NCBI GenBank assembly: GCA_035438985.1
Contig: DAORJK010000002.1
Coordinates: forward strand, 316,442-380,441
Source: Bacteroidia bacterium
GTDB taxonomy: Bacteria; Bacteroidota; Bacteroidia; UBA4408
Direction of reading: 5' to 3'
DNA: 64,000 bases
The number at the start of each line of letters is the position of its first letter. The first letter of the stretch is position 1. Under the pieces are notes generated by a model that saw nothing but the letters and a program-made list of their open reading frames with translations, was not told the origin of the DNA and did no database searches. Shown here one piece after another: positions 15,278 through 27,572 of this stretch. Position numbers and translations under genes: made by a program.

Positions 15278-17824
15278 TTGGGGCATAAACGCGTACTGAA
15301 ACATTTTATTATCTGTGCATTGTTGATTACTCGAACAATGGTTTTTGCCGCAGTTCCTGCTGATGTCTTTTTAAATTCAGACTTGGATTCGCTGAGTGCC
15401 TTGGCGCAACCTGTTTCAAAGTCTGATTCAGCTGTCGTTTCAAAAAGTGCGTTAAATTCTAAAGTCACTTATTCAGCCCGCGATTCAATTCGTTTTGAAG
15501 TGGAAAATCAAAAAGTGTACCTCTATGGTGATGCCCACGTTACTTATGAAGATACCAAATTAGATGCGGAACAAATTATATTGGATACGAAAAACAATTT
15601 TGTTACCGCCACCGGAATAATTGATTCAACCGGTAAACGTATTGGAGATCCGAAATTTGCAGATGGAGGACAGGAGTTTTCGTCGCGTGGAATGAGCTAT
15701 AATTTTGAAACCAAGAAGGGTAAAATCAAAGATGTTATTACTAAAGAAGGTGATGGAATTTTGCACGGTGAGCAAGTAAAACGCGACAGCAGCAATAATT
15801 TTTTTGTTAGACACGGTAAATACACCACCTGCGATTTGGAACATCCGCATTACTATATTTCCGCTTCTAAGGTGCGCGTTATTCCGGATGATAAAATTAT
15901 TACCGGTCCGGCTTATTTAGTTATTGCCGATGTACCCACCCCTTTGATGTTGCCTTTTGGTTTTTTCCCAAATAAAAAAGGTCAAAAGTCGGGCATACTA
16001 ATTCCCACTTATGGTGAGTCTATAAATCAGGGTTTCTTTTTAACAGATGGAGGATATTATTTTGGAATAAGTGATAAAGTGGATTTGGCTGTAAGAGGAG
16101 ATATTTACAGTAAAGGAAGTTGGGGGGCTAAAGCAATTAGTAATTATGCTAAGCGCTATAAATACAATGGCAATATTAGTGTAAGTTATGCCAATCAAAA
16201 ATTTGGTGAAAAGTACCTGGACGATTATAACGAATTGCAAAATTTTAGAGTCAACTGGACACATAACCAAGATGCTAAAGCAAGGCCCGATCGGAGATTT
16301 TCGGCAAGTGTGAATGCCGGATCAAGCGGATTTGGCAGGTATCAGAATACAACTTCCAGACAATACTTACAAAACGAGTTAAGTTCTTCTATTACCTTTA
16401 ATAAAAGTTGGATAGGAAAGCCGTATAATTTTTCGGCTGCTATTAATCACAATCAAAACACACTTTTAAAAACCATAAGTATTAAATTACCTGAACTTAC
16501 TTTTAATGTGGCACGAATACTTCCGTTTCAAAAAGTAGAAACAAAAAATGGATTTCGATGGCTAAAAACATTAGGCTTCAGTTATACAACAAATTTGCGC
16601 AATCAAATAGATAGCTACGATAGTTTGTTATTCACGAAAAAATTAAGCTCACAAATGAAAAACGGAATGAATCATAGTATTCCGATAAGTACTTCTATAA
16701 AATTGTTTAAGTACTTTAATCTTAATCCATCGTTTACTTACAACGAAAATTGGTATTTGCAAACGATACGTAAGCGTTATTCCTATGATGAAGAAGGTAT
16801 AGGAGTTCTAAAAATAGATACGGTTTCAAAGTTTCAAGCTTCACGTGATTATGCTTTTAATACAAATCTTACTACTAATTTATACGGTTTGTATCAACTC
16901 AAACGAGGAAAATTAAAAGCGGTTAGACATGTATTAACTCCAACAATTGGATATTCCTATACACCCGGCTTAGGAAAATATATTTATGGACCATGGGGAA
17001 GTAATGGAACTAAATCAAGGTACTCTATTTATGATGGAACCTTATTCGGCGGTCCCAACCCAAATAAATCCAGTGCGATTGTTTTTGGACTCACCAACAA
17101 CCTCGAAATGAAAGTGAAATCTAAAAAAGATACGATTTCGGGCTTTAAGAAAATCAGCATTTTCGATTATCTGGGAGTGAATTCATCTTACAACATGATT
17201 GCCGATTCATTTAAACTAGCACCTTTTAATTTAGGCATGCGCACTAAATTGCTCCAAAATGTTGACTTAAATGTGAATGCCGTGATGGATCCATATCGCC
17301 TCGACTCGGCAGGAATTCGTAGAAAGGAGTATATATGGACAGAAAAAAATTCACTTGGAAGATTGATTAGTAGCTCCGCCTCCATTAGTTTTGGTTTGAA
17401 AAGTAAAGAGAAAATTGCCACAACTACTAGTAATGAAAACACAAACAATCCCGGTGTAATTCCCGGCACTCTCGAAGATGATTATGTTGATTTTAGTGTT
17501 CCCTGGAGTTTAAATGTGAGCTATAATTTATTGTATTCCAAACCGGCACTCGAAAAAACAATCACTCAAACACTCAGTTTTTACGGAGATATTAGCATCA
17601 CACAAAACTGGAAAGTATCACTTAATTCAGGATTTGATTTTGAGACAAAAAAGATCTCTTATACCTCTGTAAATATTCACCGTGATTTACATTGCTGGGA
17701 AATGCATTTAAATTTAGTACCGCTTGGGCCTCGAAGAAGTTACAGTTTTGAATTACGTGTAAAATCAAGTGTACTTTCGGATCTCAAAATTCCGCGAAAG
17801 CAGGATTGGTATGATTTAAAGTAG
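15278..17824 (+). CDS. lptD: Putative LPS-assembly outer-membrane protein LptD (OstA-like N-domain plus a large beta-barrel)
   Basis: The N-terminal OstA/LptA-like fold region ('VTYSARDSIRFEVENQKVYLYGDAHVTYED') is followed by roughly 650 aa with beta-barrel character. Exact start is uncertain. Confidence 0.7.
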   Translation: MGHKRVLKHFIICALLITRTMVFAAVPADVFLNSDLDSLSALAQPVSKSDSAVVSKSALNSKVTYSARDSIRFEVENQKVYLYGDAHVTYEDTKLDAEQIILDTKNNFVTATGIIDSTGKRIGDPKFADGGQEFSSRGMSYNFETKKGKIKDVITKEGDGILHGEQVKRDSSNNFFVRHGKYTTCDLEHPHYYISASKVRVIPDDKIITGPAYLVIADVPTPLMLPFGFFPNKKGQKSGILIPTYGESINQGFFLTDGGYYFGISDKVDLAVRGDIYSKGSWGAKAISNYAKRYKYNGNISVSYANQKFGEKYLDDYNELQNFRVNWTHNQDAKARPDRRFSASVNAGSSGFGRYQNTTSRQYLQNELSSSITFNKSWIGKPYNFSAAINHNQNTLLKTISIKLPELTFNVARILPFQKVETKNGFRWLKTLGFSYTTNLRNQIDSYDSLLFTKKLSSQMKNGMNHSIPISTSIKLFKYFNLNPSFTYNENWYLQTIRKRYSYDEEGIGVLKIDTVSKFQASRDYAFNTNLTTNLYGLYQLKRGKLKAVRHVLTPTIGYSYTPGLGKYIYGPWGSNGTKSRYSIYDGTLFGGPNPNKSSAIVFGLTNNLEMKVKSKKDTISGFKKISIFDYLGVNSSYNMIADSFKLAPFNLGMRTKLLQNVDLNVNAVMDPYRLDSAGIRRKEYIWTEKNSLGRLISSSASISFGLKSKEKIATTTSNENTNNPGVIPGTLEDDYVDFSVPWSLNVSYNLLYSKPALEKTITQTLSFYGDISITQNWKVSLNSGFDFETKKISYTSVNIHRDLHCWEMHLNLVPLGPRRSYSFELRVKSSVLSDLKIPRKQDWYDLK

Positions 17825-17899
17825 TGAGTAAGGCTTGCTTTGCTTGTGCTGCTGTACCATTCATTCACTAAATTTTCTAACAAAAACTATCTGAACATG

Positions 17900-18889
17900 T
17901 TATTTGGTAAGCTCAGCCCAAAGCATATCTTTTAGTTTTTGCAAGCCCATTTGGTTATGTGCCGATATAAAAACATGTGGAATGGGAGGTAAGTCTTTTT
18001 TTAATTCGGCAATTAACTCATCGTCGAGTAAATCACATTTTGAAATAGCTAACATTCTGCTCTTATCCAGTAACTCTGGATTGTAGAGCTTTAATTCATT
18101 GAGCAAAATCCCGTATTCTTTAGTAATATCATTGCTGTCGGCAGGAACTATAAATAATAAAATTGAATTACGCTCAATGTGTCGTAAAAATCGAATTCCC
18201 AATCCTTTTCCTTCATGGGCACCTTCAATAATTCCAGGAATATCGGCCATTACAAATGATTTGTAATCGCGGTAGGGAACAATCCCCAGATTCGGTACTA
18301 GTGTAGTAAAAGGATAGTTTGCAATTTCAGGCTTCGCCGCCGAAACCTTGCTAAGCAAAGTTGATTTTCCTGCATTCGGAAACCCAACCAAACCCACATC
18401 CGCCAACACTTTTAATTCAAGAATTTTCCATTCTTCTTTTCCGTCTTCACCCGGTTGCGCGTAGCGAGGCGTTTGATGGGTTGGAGATTTAAAGTGATCA
18501 TTACCCAATCCGCCTCTTCCACCTTCAAGTAAAACTCTGGTTTCGCCATCCGTAGTAATCTCAAAAAGAACTTCACCTGTTTCAACATCTTTGGCTATAG
18601 TACCAATGGGAACTTCCAGTATTTCATCTTTCCCATTCGCACCGGTTTTATTCGCACTTCCACCATCTCCACCGGGAGCAGCAATAACATGTTTACGGTA
18701 TTTTAAGTGAATGAGCGTCCATAATTGCTTATTTCCTTTCAATATAATATGCCCACCGCGTCCTCCATCGCCACCATCAGGTCCTCCCTTGGGATTTGAC
18801 TTGTCGCGGTGCAAATGGGTCGAACCTTTTCCTCCCTTGCCCGAGCGACAACAAATTTTTACATAATCAACAAAATTCGAATCAGCCAT
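17900..18889 (-). CDS. obg: GTPase Obg/CgtA
   Basis: Glycine-rich Obg fold ('GGDGGRGG'), G1 motif 'GFPNAGKST', and 'DIPGIIEGA'. Confidence 0.92.
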   Translation of the reverse strand: MADSNFVDYVKICCRSGKGGKGSTHLHRDKSNPKGGPDGGDGGRGGHIILKGNKQLWTLIHLKYRKHVIAAPGGDGGSANKTGANGKDEILEVPIGTIAKDVETGEVLFEITTDGETRVLLEGGRGGLGNDHFKSPTHQTPRYAQPGEDGKEEWKILELKVLADVGLVGFPNAGKSTLLSKVSAAKPEIANYPFTTLVPNLGIVPYRDYKSFVMADIPGIIEGAHEGKGLGIRFLRHIERNSILLFIVPADSNDITKEYGILLNELKLYNPELLDKSRMLAISKCDLLDDELIAELKKDLPPIPHVFISAHNQMGLQKLKDMLWAELTK

Positions 18890-19177
18890 ATAAAGTGCTT
18901 ATGCTTATTTAAAGCGCTGCAAAGGTATTTAAAATATCAATCAAAGCTAATTCTTATACAGCTTGCATAGATACTGTTTAGCGATTTTAGCTGGCTTTGA
19001 TATTAAGTTGTATCGTTTTCCAAATAAAACTGAGAGGTGGCAATTTGAAGCGAGGCCTCACACTTAATTATTTCGAATGATTTCCAAAAGTTGAAACTGA
19101 ATAACGCAAAGTTGTATTACGAATACAGGATTTAGTAAAATCGAAAAAGGTATTTTGGATAAAATTAAGCGAAGTGT

Positions 19178-19747
19178 TTAGCGTGCAATTTTGGCACACA
19201 ACAGTTCAAATATTTCATCTACAGAGCCAGTTCCGGGAATAGAAATAAATTTATTTTGTGCCGAATAATAGTCTTTAAGTGGAGCTGTTTTTGAATTGTA
19301 TTCAGTAATACGTTTACGAATAACCTCTTCATTTTGATCGTCTGCTCTTCCTGAATCTAAGCCTCTTTTTAAGAGACGACGGGTTAATTCTTCATCTTCT
19401 ACCTCAAGTGCAAGCATCCTTGATATGGAAGTATTTTTTTCAGCTAACAAAATATCTAGTGCTTGTGCTTGCGCAGTAGTTCTAGGAAAACCATCGAAAA
19501 TAAAACCCTTTGCATTTCTGTTAGCATCGAGCTTTGATGAAATCATTCCGATTACCACTGCATCCGGAACAAGCAGTCCCTGATCCATTAATTTTTTAGC
19601 CTCCAAACCCAGTGGAGTTGAATTGGCAATTTCGGCGCGAAGAATATCACCGGTTGAAAGGTGTATTAATGCATATTTTTCAATTAACTTAACCGATTGT
19701 GTGCCTTTGCCTGCACCTGGAGGACCAAATAATACTAGATTCAACAT
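19178..19747 (-). CDS. adk: Adenylate kinase
   Basis: 'LVLFGPPGAGKGTQS' P-loop, no lid-domain insertion, and an Adk family layout. Confidence 0.92.
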   Translation of the reverse strand: MLNLVLFGPPGAGKGTQSVKLIEKYALIHLSTGDILRAEIANSTPLGLEAKKLMDQGLLVPDAVVIGMISSKLDANRNAKGFIFDGFPRTTAQAQALDILLAEKNTSISRMLALEVEDEELTRRLLKRGLDSGRADDQNEEVIRKRITEYNSKTAPLKDYYSAQNKFISIPGTGSVDEIFELLCAKIAR

Positions 19748-19756
19748 GAAAAAAAA

Positions 19757-20293
19757 TTATTCAATAATTTTATAAATATCCGTGAGGTTTCGACCTAATC
19801 CATCGAAATCTAATCCATAGCCAAGCAAAAAAACTTTTGGTACTTCAAATCCTATGTAATCTAAATGTACCCTTTTAATATAGGCGGCAGGTTTAAATAA
19901 CAAGGTGGCAATTTTTATTTCGGCAGGTTCAAATTCCATAAGTTGAGCCATCATTTCGTTAATGGTAATCCCGGTGTCAACAATATCCTCAAGAATTACG
20001 ATTGTTCTACCTTTAATTTCTTCATTCAGACCAATGAGTTTTTTTACTTTTTCGGTTGAATGAGTACCTTCATAAGAAGCTAGTTTCACAAAAGATATTT
20101 CACATTCAATCGTTAGTTTTTTAAACAAATCAGCCGCAAAAATAAAAGAGCCATTCAACACTGCTAAAAACAAAGGCTTTTTGCCTTTAAAATCAACGTT
20201 CATTTTAGCCGCCATAGTTGAAATTGCTTCATCAATTGCAGTATGGGCAATATAAACTTCAAAGTTTTTGTTGTGTACAGTTACCTGGCTCAT
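19757..20293 (-). CDS. hpt: Hypoxanthine phosphoribosyltransferase
   Basis: 'VILEDIVDTGITI' PRPP-binding motif and type I PRTase layout. Confidence 0.9.
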   Translation of the reverse strand: MSQVTVHNKNFEVYIAHTAIDEAISTMAAKMNVDFKGKKPLFLAVLNGSFIFAADLFKKLTIECEISFVKLASYEGTHSTEKVKKLIGLNEEIKGRTIVILEDIVDTGITINEMMAQLMEFEPAEIKIATLLFKPAAYIKRVHLDYIGFEVPKVFLLGYGLDFDGLGRNLTDIYKIIE

Positions 20294-20349
20294 GCTTTTG
20301 TTGAATAAGGCGCAAAAGTAAAAAAATTAAAACACGCTATTACCCTTTA

Positions 20350-20724
20350 TTAAAGTTGTTGCTGAAAGCTTCCCTTAAATTTAAAAAAAGTAGTACTTCC
20401 CGAATAAAAACTAAGTTCTGCTTGAATATGAGTGTTATCAAGCTGTTTAATAGAAAAATTAGCGCTTAAAATAGCGTCAATTTGTGGGTTAATAATGGCT
20501 GTAAATTTTAATGAATCGGCTTTTTTTAAGTGTAGTTTTTTAGCTACAACTTCTTCTACAATTTCTTTCACCATTTGGGTTAAACATACCCCCGGAACAA
20601 TTGGATTACCAGGAAAATGTCCGGCAAAAATTTTATGATTCGCAAATAATTCTACTGCTGCAATATAATTGCCTTCAGTTTGCTGATTGCAACTAAGTAG
20701 TTTATAAAAAGTGCCGGCTAACAT
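20350..20724 (-). CDS. Small hotdog-fold FabZ/FabA-like (3-hydroxyacyl-ACP) dehydratase family protein
   Basis: 'FAGHFPGNPIVPGVCLTQM' matches the FabZ catalytic-His motif. At 124 aa it is shorter than canonical FabZ. Confidence 0.65.
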   Translation of the reverse strand: MLAGTFYKLLSCNQQTEGNYIAAVELFANHKIFAGHFPGNPIVPGVCLTQMVKEIVEEVVAKKLHLKKADSLKFTAIINPQIDAILSANFSIKQLDNTHIQAELSFYSGSTTFFKFKGSFQQQL

Positions 20725-21335
20725 TATCGTTGTACTAAGGTAAGTATTATTTTTAAGCGTATGTTCTTATGCTGAATGCGAATACCCGAAGGAATTTCAT
20801 GTACATAATTTTGCAAATCTAGAACAACTTTCTTCTTTTTACCAAAGCCTTGTTCTATTTTTTTTGGCAGATTGCTTTGTGGTTCTAACAAATACTGTAT
20901 GATGGTGTCAGCTTGATTTAGTTGAAGAAGTCTGTTCCCATTTTGATCAGCAAGCAGTGCTGATTGAGTTTGTTTATATTCAGTTAATAAAAGCTGTATA
21001 TCGGAGGCAATGGTCGAAACAACCGCCGGGCGGTTTAATTTTTCAATGCAATAAATTAGCTGGTATCCCGATTTTTTTAACTCTATATCCATCAGTTTAA
21101 TTCCTGTTTCGGTGGTAAACACTATTCGATAGCTGCTGTCGGGCATATTTTTAACGAGTAACAAGCCTCCAAATTTTTTTCCATACAAGCTTATTTCTGC
21201 CTTATACAATGGCGATGGAGTGCTATTTTTGAAGAGTGGCAAGAGTAAGTCCGAATTGATCGTAACCGCTTTTTCCTCCTTTAGTTTCGAAAAACGATTG
21301 CTTGCACAGGCACTTATGAGCAAGCAAACTAGCAT
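20724..21335 (-). CDS. Hypothetical lipoprotein, possibly LolA-like
   Basis: 'MLVCLLISACASN' signal/lipobox. The ORF track extends it upstream to 21458, probably from a non-genuine start. The stop overlaps the downstream hotdog gene by 1 nt. Confidence 0.45.
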   Translation of the reverse strand: MLVCLLISACASNRFSKLKEEKAVTINSDLLLPLFKNSTPSPLYKAEISLYGKKFGGLLLVKNMPDSSYRIVFTTETGIKLMDIELKKSGYQLIYCIEKLNRPAVVSTIASDIQLLLTEYKQTQSALLADQNGNRLLQLNQADTIIQYLLEPQSNLPKKIEQGFGKKKKVVLDLQNYVHEIPSGIRIQHKNIRLKIILTLVQR

Positions 21336-21521
21336 AAAAGCAATTCTGTTACTACCCAATGATAGTATAGTATGTATCGCTTGAGCCTGATCTATTTTTA
21401 AGGGTCGAAAGATGCTTTTCACCCTGCAAAAGAAACAAATATTTGTATAGCAGACCAATTGAAATATCTTTGCACTTGTTAAGTGATTTTACTGAGTTGA
21501 CTTAAGCCTATTACACAATTA

Positions 21522-22589
21522 ATGAAGCGCGAACAATTTATAAACTACCTGTTACACCCCGAGCAATTAAGCAGTGAAAATGCTTTGGAGCTTGCAGGTT
21601 TGCTCAAAGAGTTCCCCTATTTTCAGAGTGCTCAGCTGTTGTATTTAAAAACCTTACACAACGAAAATAGCATACATTATCAAAGTCAACTGAAAATTGC
21701 TGCAGCTTATTCCGCAAATCGAAAATCCTTGTATTTCTTGATAAATGGTACACCCACAAAAGTCGAGAATAAACAAACTCAAACCACTTCTAGTTCGATT
21801 GAAACAGCAGCATCAAAAGCTACCATTGAAGCTGTTAAACCGGATGAAAAAACGAACATTTCAATTCCTGACGAGGTAATTTATGAAGAAATACTCCTAA
21901 GTGAATCTTCTACCGGTAGTGAAAAAATTGAAATTGTTGCCAAGGAAACAGTTGCTGGTTCCAAAAGCGAGACTAATGAAAGCGATAAAAATAAAGCGGC
22001 AAATAGCGAAGCTGTGCTGGCAACAACTAGTCCTCATGAATCGTTCAGTGATAGCGAGTTAGCTTCATTGAATACTACATTATTAGCAGAAGCAATATCT
22101 TCGGGTGTATGGGCTGAAAAGGAGCAACAAGTTGAACAGCAAATAATTAAAAATGCGCCGGTTGAAGTAACCAAGGAAGAGCCATTGCCGGTGAGCGCTA
22201 TCGGTGAAATTGATTTAAATGCGAATTTGAGTTTTGTTGATTGGCTGAAACGAGTAAGCGAGATAAACGGTAAATCTATTCCTGCTCCAGCTAATCCTAA
22301 GAAAGTGGTAGAAAAAAAGGAAATTATTGAGCAATTTATAAAAACCGAACCCCGCATTGTACCTAAGAAGCAAGAGTTTTTTAATCCGGTAAATAAAGCC
22401 CGTCAAAGCGTGATGGAAAACGATGCCATTGTATCTGAAACACTTGCCAAAATTTATATCAAGCAGGGTAACTTCCAACGGGCAATAAAATCTTTTGAAA
22501 TTTTAAGTTTGAAATTTCCGGAAAAAAGCAGTTACTTTGCAGCCCAAATTTTAAAAATCAAGGCAATACAACAAGACAAGAATAAATAA
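21522..22589 (+). CDS. Hypothetical protein with a low-complexity S/E/T-rich central region and a TPR-like C-terminal helix pair
   Basis: Long ORF with a conserved-looking N-terminus ('LLKEFPYFQSAQLLYLK') and C-terminal 'YIKQGNFQRAIKSFEILSLKFPEKSSYFAAQILKIK'. Confidence 0.55.
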   Translation: MKREQFINYLLHPEQLSSENALELAGLLKEFPYFQSAQLLYLKTLHNENSIHYQSQLKIAAAYSANRKSLYFLINGTPTKVENKQTQTTSSSIETAASKATIEAVKPDEKTNISIPDEVIYEEILLSESSTGSEKIEIVAKETVAGSKSETNESDKNKAANSEAVLATTSPHESFSDSELASLNTTLLAEAISSGVWAEKEQQVEQQIIKNAPVEVTKEEPLPVSAIGEIDLNANLSFVDWLKRVSEINGKSIPAPANPKKVVEKKEIIEQFIKTEPRIVPKKQEFFNPVNKARQSVMENDAIVSETLAKIYIKQGNFQRAIKSFEILSLKFPEKSSYFAAQILKIKAIQQDKNK

Positions 22590-22650
22590 GTCATTGTTGC
22601 GGCTTTTTTTAATTTGAAACAATTAATGTAAATAATATATACGAAAAAAA

Positions 22651-22989
22651 ATGGGAACATTTGTAACAGTTTTAATCATGATTATTTGTGTAGTGTTGGT
22701 ATTGGTGGTGTTGGTTCAGAATTCTAAAGGGGGAGGGCTATCCTCACAGTTTAGCAGCAGCAATCAAGTAATGGGTGTGAAAAAAACCAGTGAACTAATT
22801 GAGAAAATTACTTGGGGTTTAGCCATTGCACTTTTAGTGTTGAGTATTACTTCATCGTTTCTTCTAAACTCCACTACAACCGTAGCTAAGGATACGGAAT
22901 TGCGCGAGAAAATTGAAAATTCTGCTGCTCCAAAACCATTACAAAACTTACCTGCTGCCGCTACTCAAGCTGCCGACAGCGCAAAATAA
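22651..22989 (+). CDS. secG: Preprotein translocase subunit SecG
   Basis: Two TM helices and the 'NSKGGGLSSQFSS' SecG motif. Confidence 0.85.
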   Translation: MGTFVTVLIMIICVVLVLVVLVQNSKGGGLSSQFSSSNQVMGVKKTSELIEKITWGLAIALLVLSITSSFLLNSTTTVAKDTELREKIENSAAPKPLQNLPAAATQAADSAK

Positions 22990-23037
22990 TAAATTACAAA
23001 ACTCCTTAAAGCCGGAGTTGTAATTCACACATCTTTT

Positions 23038-23073
23038 AAAATGTCAGAGTGTCCGCATTTCTGACATTTTTTG
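23038..23073 (+). terminator. Rho-independent terminator after secG
   Basis: 'AAATGTCAGA-gtgtccgcatt-TCTGACATTT' hairpin followed by a T-run. Confidence 0.65.
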
Positions 23074-23199
23074 TTTCATGCATAGCGAATCCTGCAAAAT
23101 TGTCCCCTTTAATTTGAAAATCAGCTAATGGCATAAAGTGTGACAAGTGCAAGCGGTCAAAAAAAATCAATCTAACATTCAAACTAAATAATTTCAAAA

Positions 23200-23478
23200 A
23201 TGGCTAAAGTAAAAATTACCCCAATTGGTGACAGAGTTATTGTTGAAGCTGCTGCTGCTGAAACAAAAACCGCAGGAGGACTTATTATTCCGGATACTGC
23301 GAAGGAGAAACCTCAGAAAGGAAAAGTGATTGCAGTTGGTAACGGTAAAAAGGATGAACCAATGACCGTAAAAGTTGGTGATGAAGTATTGTATGGAAAG
23401 TATGCCGGAACAGAAGTAACAGTTGATGGCAAAGATTACCTTATTATGCGCGAATCCGACATTTTCGCAATCGTTTAA
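23200..23478 (+). CDS. groES: Co-chaperonin GroES
   Basis: 'KIKPLGDRVIVE...[21 protein letters not shown]'. Confidence 0.95.
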   Translation: MAKVKITPIGDRVIVEAAAAETKTAGGLIIPDTAKEKPQKGKVIAVGNGKKDEPMTVKVGDEVLYGKYAGTEVTVDGKDYLIMRESDIFAIV

Positions 23479-23522
23479 TTAGCTCAAAATTAACCAAGAT
23501 TATTAATTGAATACTAACGTAA

Positions 23523-25184
<1,662 letters not shown>

Positions 25185-25209
25185 TTATTAAATAAGATTA
25201 ATACAAGTA

Positions 25210-25246
25210 AAAACGTCTCGGAAGCATTTTTCGGGACGTTTTTTTA
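25210..25246 (+). terminator. Rho-independent terminator after groEL
   Basis: 'AAAACGTCTCGG-aagcattttt-CGGGACGTTTTTTT'. Confidence 0.7.
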
Positions 25247-25421
25247 TGATACCAATCCTTTTTTTTAGTTCACTTCCAACCCTATAGGATGATTTGACAT
25301 TTTTTCAGTTCAGCTATTTACACGCTTGTAACCTGATTTTTCCTGTTGAGCTTTTTTCTCAAACTATCGACCTGTATGCATCGTAGTTTTACACATAAAC
25401 GCAATTTAAAATCAGCGGGTT

Positions 25422-25835
25422 ATGAGAAAAATTATACTAATTGGTCCTTTTATTCTGCTTATCATAGGAGGTGTTTTTATCTTTTTTAAAATCAACCATA
25501 AAAATGTAAACATGGCTTCACAAAAACCTGATTATGTAGTGTCTGCTTCGCGATTGTTCAACGAATTTGAGCTGGTTGAAGCTACTGCCAATGCAAAATA
25601 TGAAGACAAAATTATTGAAGTGGTTGGCAGTGTAAGAGAAGTAAAAAGAACAATCGACAATGATATTATTGTGCTATTAGCCAGTGGTAATACAATGTTT
25701 TCGGTTCGCTGCAAGTTGGCCTCAAGTGAGCGACCATTTGCTATGGACATTCAAGAAAATGAAGAGATAGCCGTTCGAGGTATTTGCAAGGGAATGTTGT
25801 TGGATGTGCTGCTTGAAGAATGTATCATTGATTAA
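25422..25835 (+). CDS. Small membrane-anchored OB-fold-like protein (tRNA_anti-like/DUF family)
   Basis: N-terminal TM 'IILIGPFILLIIGGVFIFF', then a soluble domain of about 110 aa; the 'YEDKIIEVVGSV' pattern fits OB-fold DUFs. Confidence 0.45.
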   Translation: MRKIILIGPFILLIIGGVFIFFKINHKNVNMASQKPDYVVSASRLFNEFELVEATANAKYEDKIIEVVGSVREVKRTIDNDIIVLLASGNTMFSVRCKLASSERPFAMDIQENEEIAVRGICKGMLLDVLLEECIID

Positions 25836-25929
25836 TATAAATGGTTTTTTCTTTCTAGAGTATAAAACGAAAAGCGCTGTCGAATTAGTATCGACAACGC
25901 TTTTTACTAAACTAAACTAAACTAAACAA

Positions 25930-27489
25930 CTATTCTATGGTTAACTTGCCTTGCAGCATTTTATCTGCCGATTGTAGCATTACGAAATATAAGCCGGAAG
26001 CCAAATTTTGCTTATCAAGCATTACCTGATTGCCTCGAATATTATTTTGTTCAAAAACTACACTGCCTTGAGCGTCGATCAGTTTTAAAGTATAAACTTG
26101 ATTTAGAGTATTCGAAAAAGCAATTCTTACCTGCTCTTTCATTGGATTGGGAGAGATATGTAGTTTTTCAGGTGCCGATTGGGCGATTGAATTTATGCCG
26201 AGTAATCCTAAGTCATAAAGTGACTTAACCTGGGATGCAGTAGACTTTAAACCAGCAATGCTGTTGGTGTTATCTTGATGAAAAACATAAGCTACCTCTA
26301 AATCAATTACAGCTCCTGCATTAAAAGTGAAGGGTCCATGTGTACCCAATGAGCGCCAATCGGTACCATTTGAAGCATTTTGGGCCCAATAGAGTCCAGC
26401 AAATGCCGAATCGGAAGATCCCGGGAAAATATAATTTGCAGCTAAAGAACTAGTATCATATTGTAAATGATTCCCATTTTTATCGATAGCGCGCATGTAG
26501 TTATAATAGTTTAAACTGCTGGTAGGATTTCCAAATACACTAAAATCATTTCTATAACCATAGGTATAGTTCAGCGATTTATTTAAAAAAACCAATCCCA
26601 TGGCCGGTGGATTCGGGCCATATCCCATTTGCCCTTCATCCAAGCTGTCAGAATTGTAAGCATACAGCATGTTCTTCAATACGTCAGTTCCAATAAAATC
26701 GTCTATGCTATTTCCAATATCAAAATCATTCCAAAGACTTATGTAAGTTGAATCGTAAGTAATCGCTGAATTATTTTTTATTCGCTGTTCAACAAAAATG
26801 GTATTGTTTAATTCAGGGAAATTAGGTGAGTTAAAAGCATAGGCCATTCCGTGAACTTCAATATCCATAGGCAAACCATTACTTTCAGTATGACTGGTAT
26901 TGTCATTAAATACAAAATAAATGGCTTGGTCTCCTTTGATTGATGGATAATCTCCGGAGTTCGGTTCGTATATACCGTTATTATTCAAATCATAAAAAGG
27001 AGCAAATACTGCACTCCCGTAATTTCCCGGCCAATCCAAAATCTCCTGAGGAATTGTAAATCCAACAGTAGTATTGTTTGCAACAAAATTGTCAATGACA
27101 CTTTGGTTAATTTTCCATACTTTATTCATGTTTGCAGAAACAGCCATGTTCACCTTGGGGCCTGCAACAAAATCATTCCCAGTTTGTTTGTAGGTTTGAC
27201 AAGCAGTATGCAGACTTCCTCCCGGGTCAATTCCTCCAATCCAAAGCCCACTTGCAAATACTGAATTTTTACCGCTTCCTGCCGGCACTTCAAAACCAGG
27301 CTCCGATATATATACCACATTTCCAAGTTGAGTATGCTTATCAAATAAGGCTCCATCAGAGTTTACCGTAGCGCTAACATTGTTGATGTCTAAAACAGCA
27401 CTGGCGGGTAATAGTTGTGCATGAGTAGAAAGCGATTGAAAAATTATAGAAACAAAAGCTATTGAAATTGATAGGTAGTGTGTTTTCAT
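25930..27489 (-). CDS. T9SS-secreted hypothetical protein (signal peptide plus C-terminal T9SS sorting domain)
   Basis: Signal peptide 'MKTHYLSISIAFVSIIFQSLSTHAQ' and a C-terminal 'ISPNPMKEQVRIAF...GLYFVMLQSADKMLQGKLTIE' sorting domain. N/S/T-rich, with many N-x-S/T sites. Confidence 0.75.
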   Translation of the reverse strand: MKTHYLSISIAFVSIIFQSLSTHAQLLPASAVLDINNVSATVNSDGALFDKHTQLGNVVYISEPGFEVPAGSGKNSVFASGLWIGGIDPGGSLHTACQTYKQTGNDFVAGPKVNMAVSANMNKVWKINQSVIDNFVANNTTVGFTIPQEILDWPGNYGSAVFAPFYDLNNNGIYEPNSGDYPSIKGDQAIYFVFNDNTSHTESNGLPMDIEVHGMAYAFNSPNFPELNNTIFVEQRIKNNSAITYDSTYISLWNDFDIGNSIDDFIGTDVLKNMLYAYNSDSLDEGQMGYGPNPPAMGLVFLNKSLNYTYGYRNDFSVFGNPTSSLNYYNYMRAIDKNGNHLQYDTSSLAANYIFPGSSDSAFAGLYWAQNASNGTDWRSLGTHGPFTFNAGAVIDLEVAYVFHQDNTNSIAGLKSTASQVKSLYDLGLLGINSIAQSAPEKLHISPNPMKEQVRIAFSNTLNQVYTLKLIDAQGSVVFEQNNIRGNQVMLDKQNLASGLYFVMLQSADKMLQGKLTIE

Positions 27490-27572
27490 GTTGTAGTTTT
27501 AAATGAATACTGAATTAATTTTTCGACGTCGTATATACATGACATATAACACACACAATACGTTGCCTGAAC

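Noticed and set aside
23000-23199. I looked for a CIRCE (TTAGCACTC-N9-GAGTGCTAA) heat-shock operator upstream of groES.
   Set aside because: There is no CIRCE-like inverted repeat. The only hairpins are the secG terminator and a short AACTCC/GGAGTT stem. Bacteroidota groESL typically lacks CIRCE.
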